From Vermamoeba vermiformis (lineage: Eukaryota): 64,000 bases of DNA. The first letter of the stretch is position 1; each line of letters opens with the position of its first letter. The notes beneath the pieces are model-generated. The model made no database searches. It saw only the letters and a program-made list of their open reading frames with translations, and was not told the DNA's origin. Of the stretch, positions 63,941 to 64,000 are shown piece after piece. Where the stretch lies: NCBI GenBank assembly GCA_045837725.1, contig JBEWZL010000008.1:62001-126000 (forward strand), written 5' to 3'. Made by a program: the position numbers and the translations under genes.

Positions 63941-64000
63941 GGTTTCTGTTCATTTTCCCGGATCCAGATCTTTTCGCTTTAATCGTGTCTACGAGGTACC

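Noticed and set aside
1-64000. Alternative genetic code, selenocysteine or frameshifting to explain broken ORFs
   Set aside because: The breaks I examined are resolved by short GT-AG (one GC-AG) introns, and TAA, TAG and TGA all serve as real stops.

Overview
Gene-dense eukaryotic genomic DNA, probably from a free-living protist. An amoebozoan is my guess from the combination of SRF-type MADS box, RWP-RK factor, zizimin-type DOCK and ADA2/ADGF genes. Introns are mostly 45-60 nt GT-AG. I can support about 25 intron-containing protein genes: Rab2-like, ankyrin, DOCK GEF, EAF6, CMTR2, mitochondrial carrier, zinc-ribbon Ras, ArsB-type transporter, lipoate ligase, RecQ, Kelch, CLC, PI4KIII-beta, LRR, SRF, ARGLU1-like, QDPR, Kelch-ADA2-IPT fusion, UBAP2-like, RWP-RK, ERMARD, folate-receptor-like, TMEM214-like and two hypotheticals. 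There is also one intron-embedded tRNA-Tyr, a 2.4-kb decayed inverted-repeat cluster (16.4-18.8 kb) and a transposase-like remnant. The most striking unexplained signal is that many gene bodies (exons and introns alike) are saturated with a small set of palindromic words. These match classic transcription-factor sites: CACGTG, CTA(A/T)4TAG, CC(A/T)6GG, TGACA(G/C)(G/C)TGTCA and TTCA(C/G)TGAA. They are dense enough to imprint the protein sequences, yet sparse in 5' gene ends, repeats and strongly codon-biased genes. All gene models, counts and family calls were made by eye without searches, and gene coordinates span introns.
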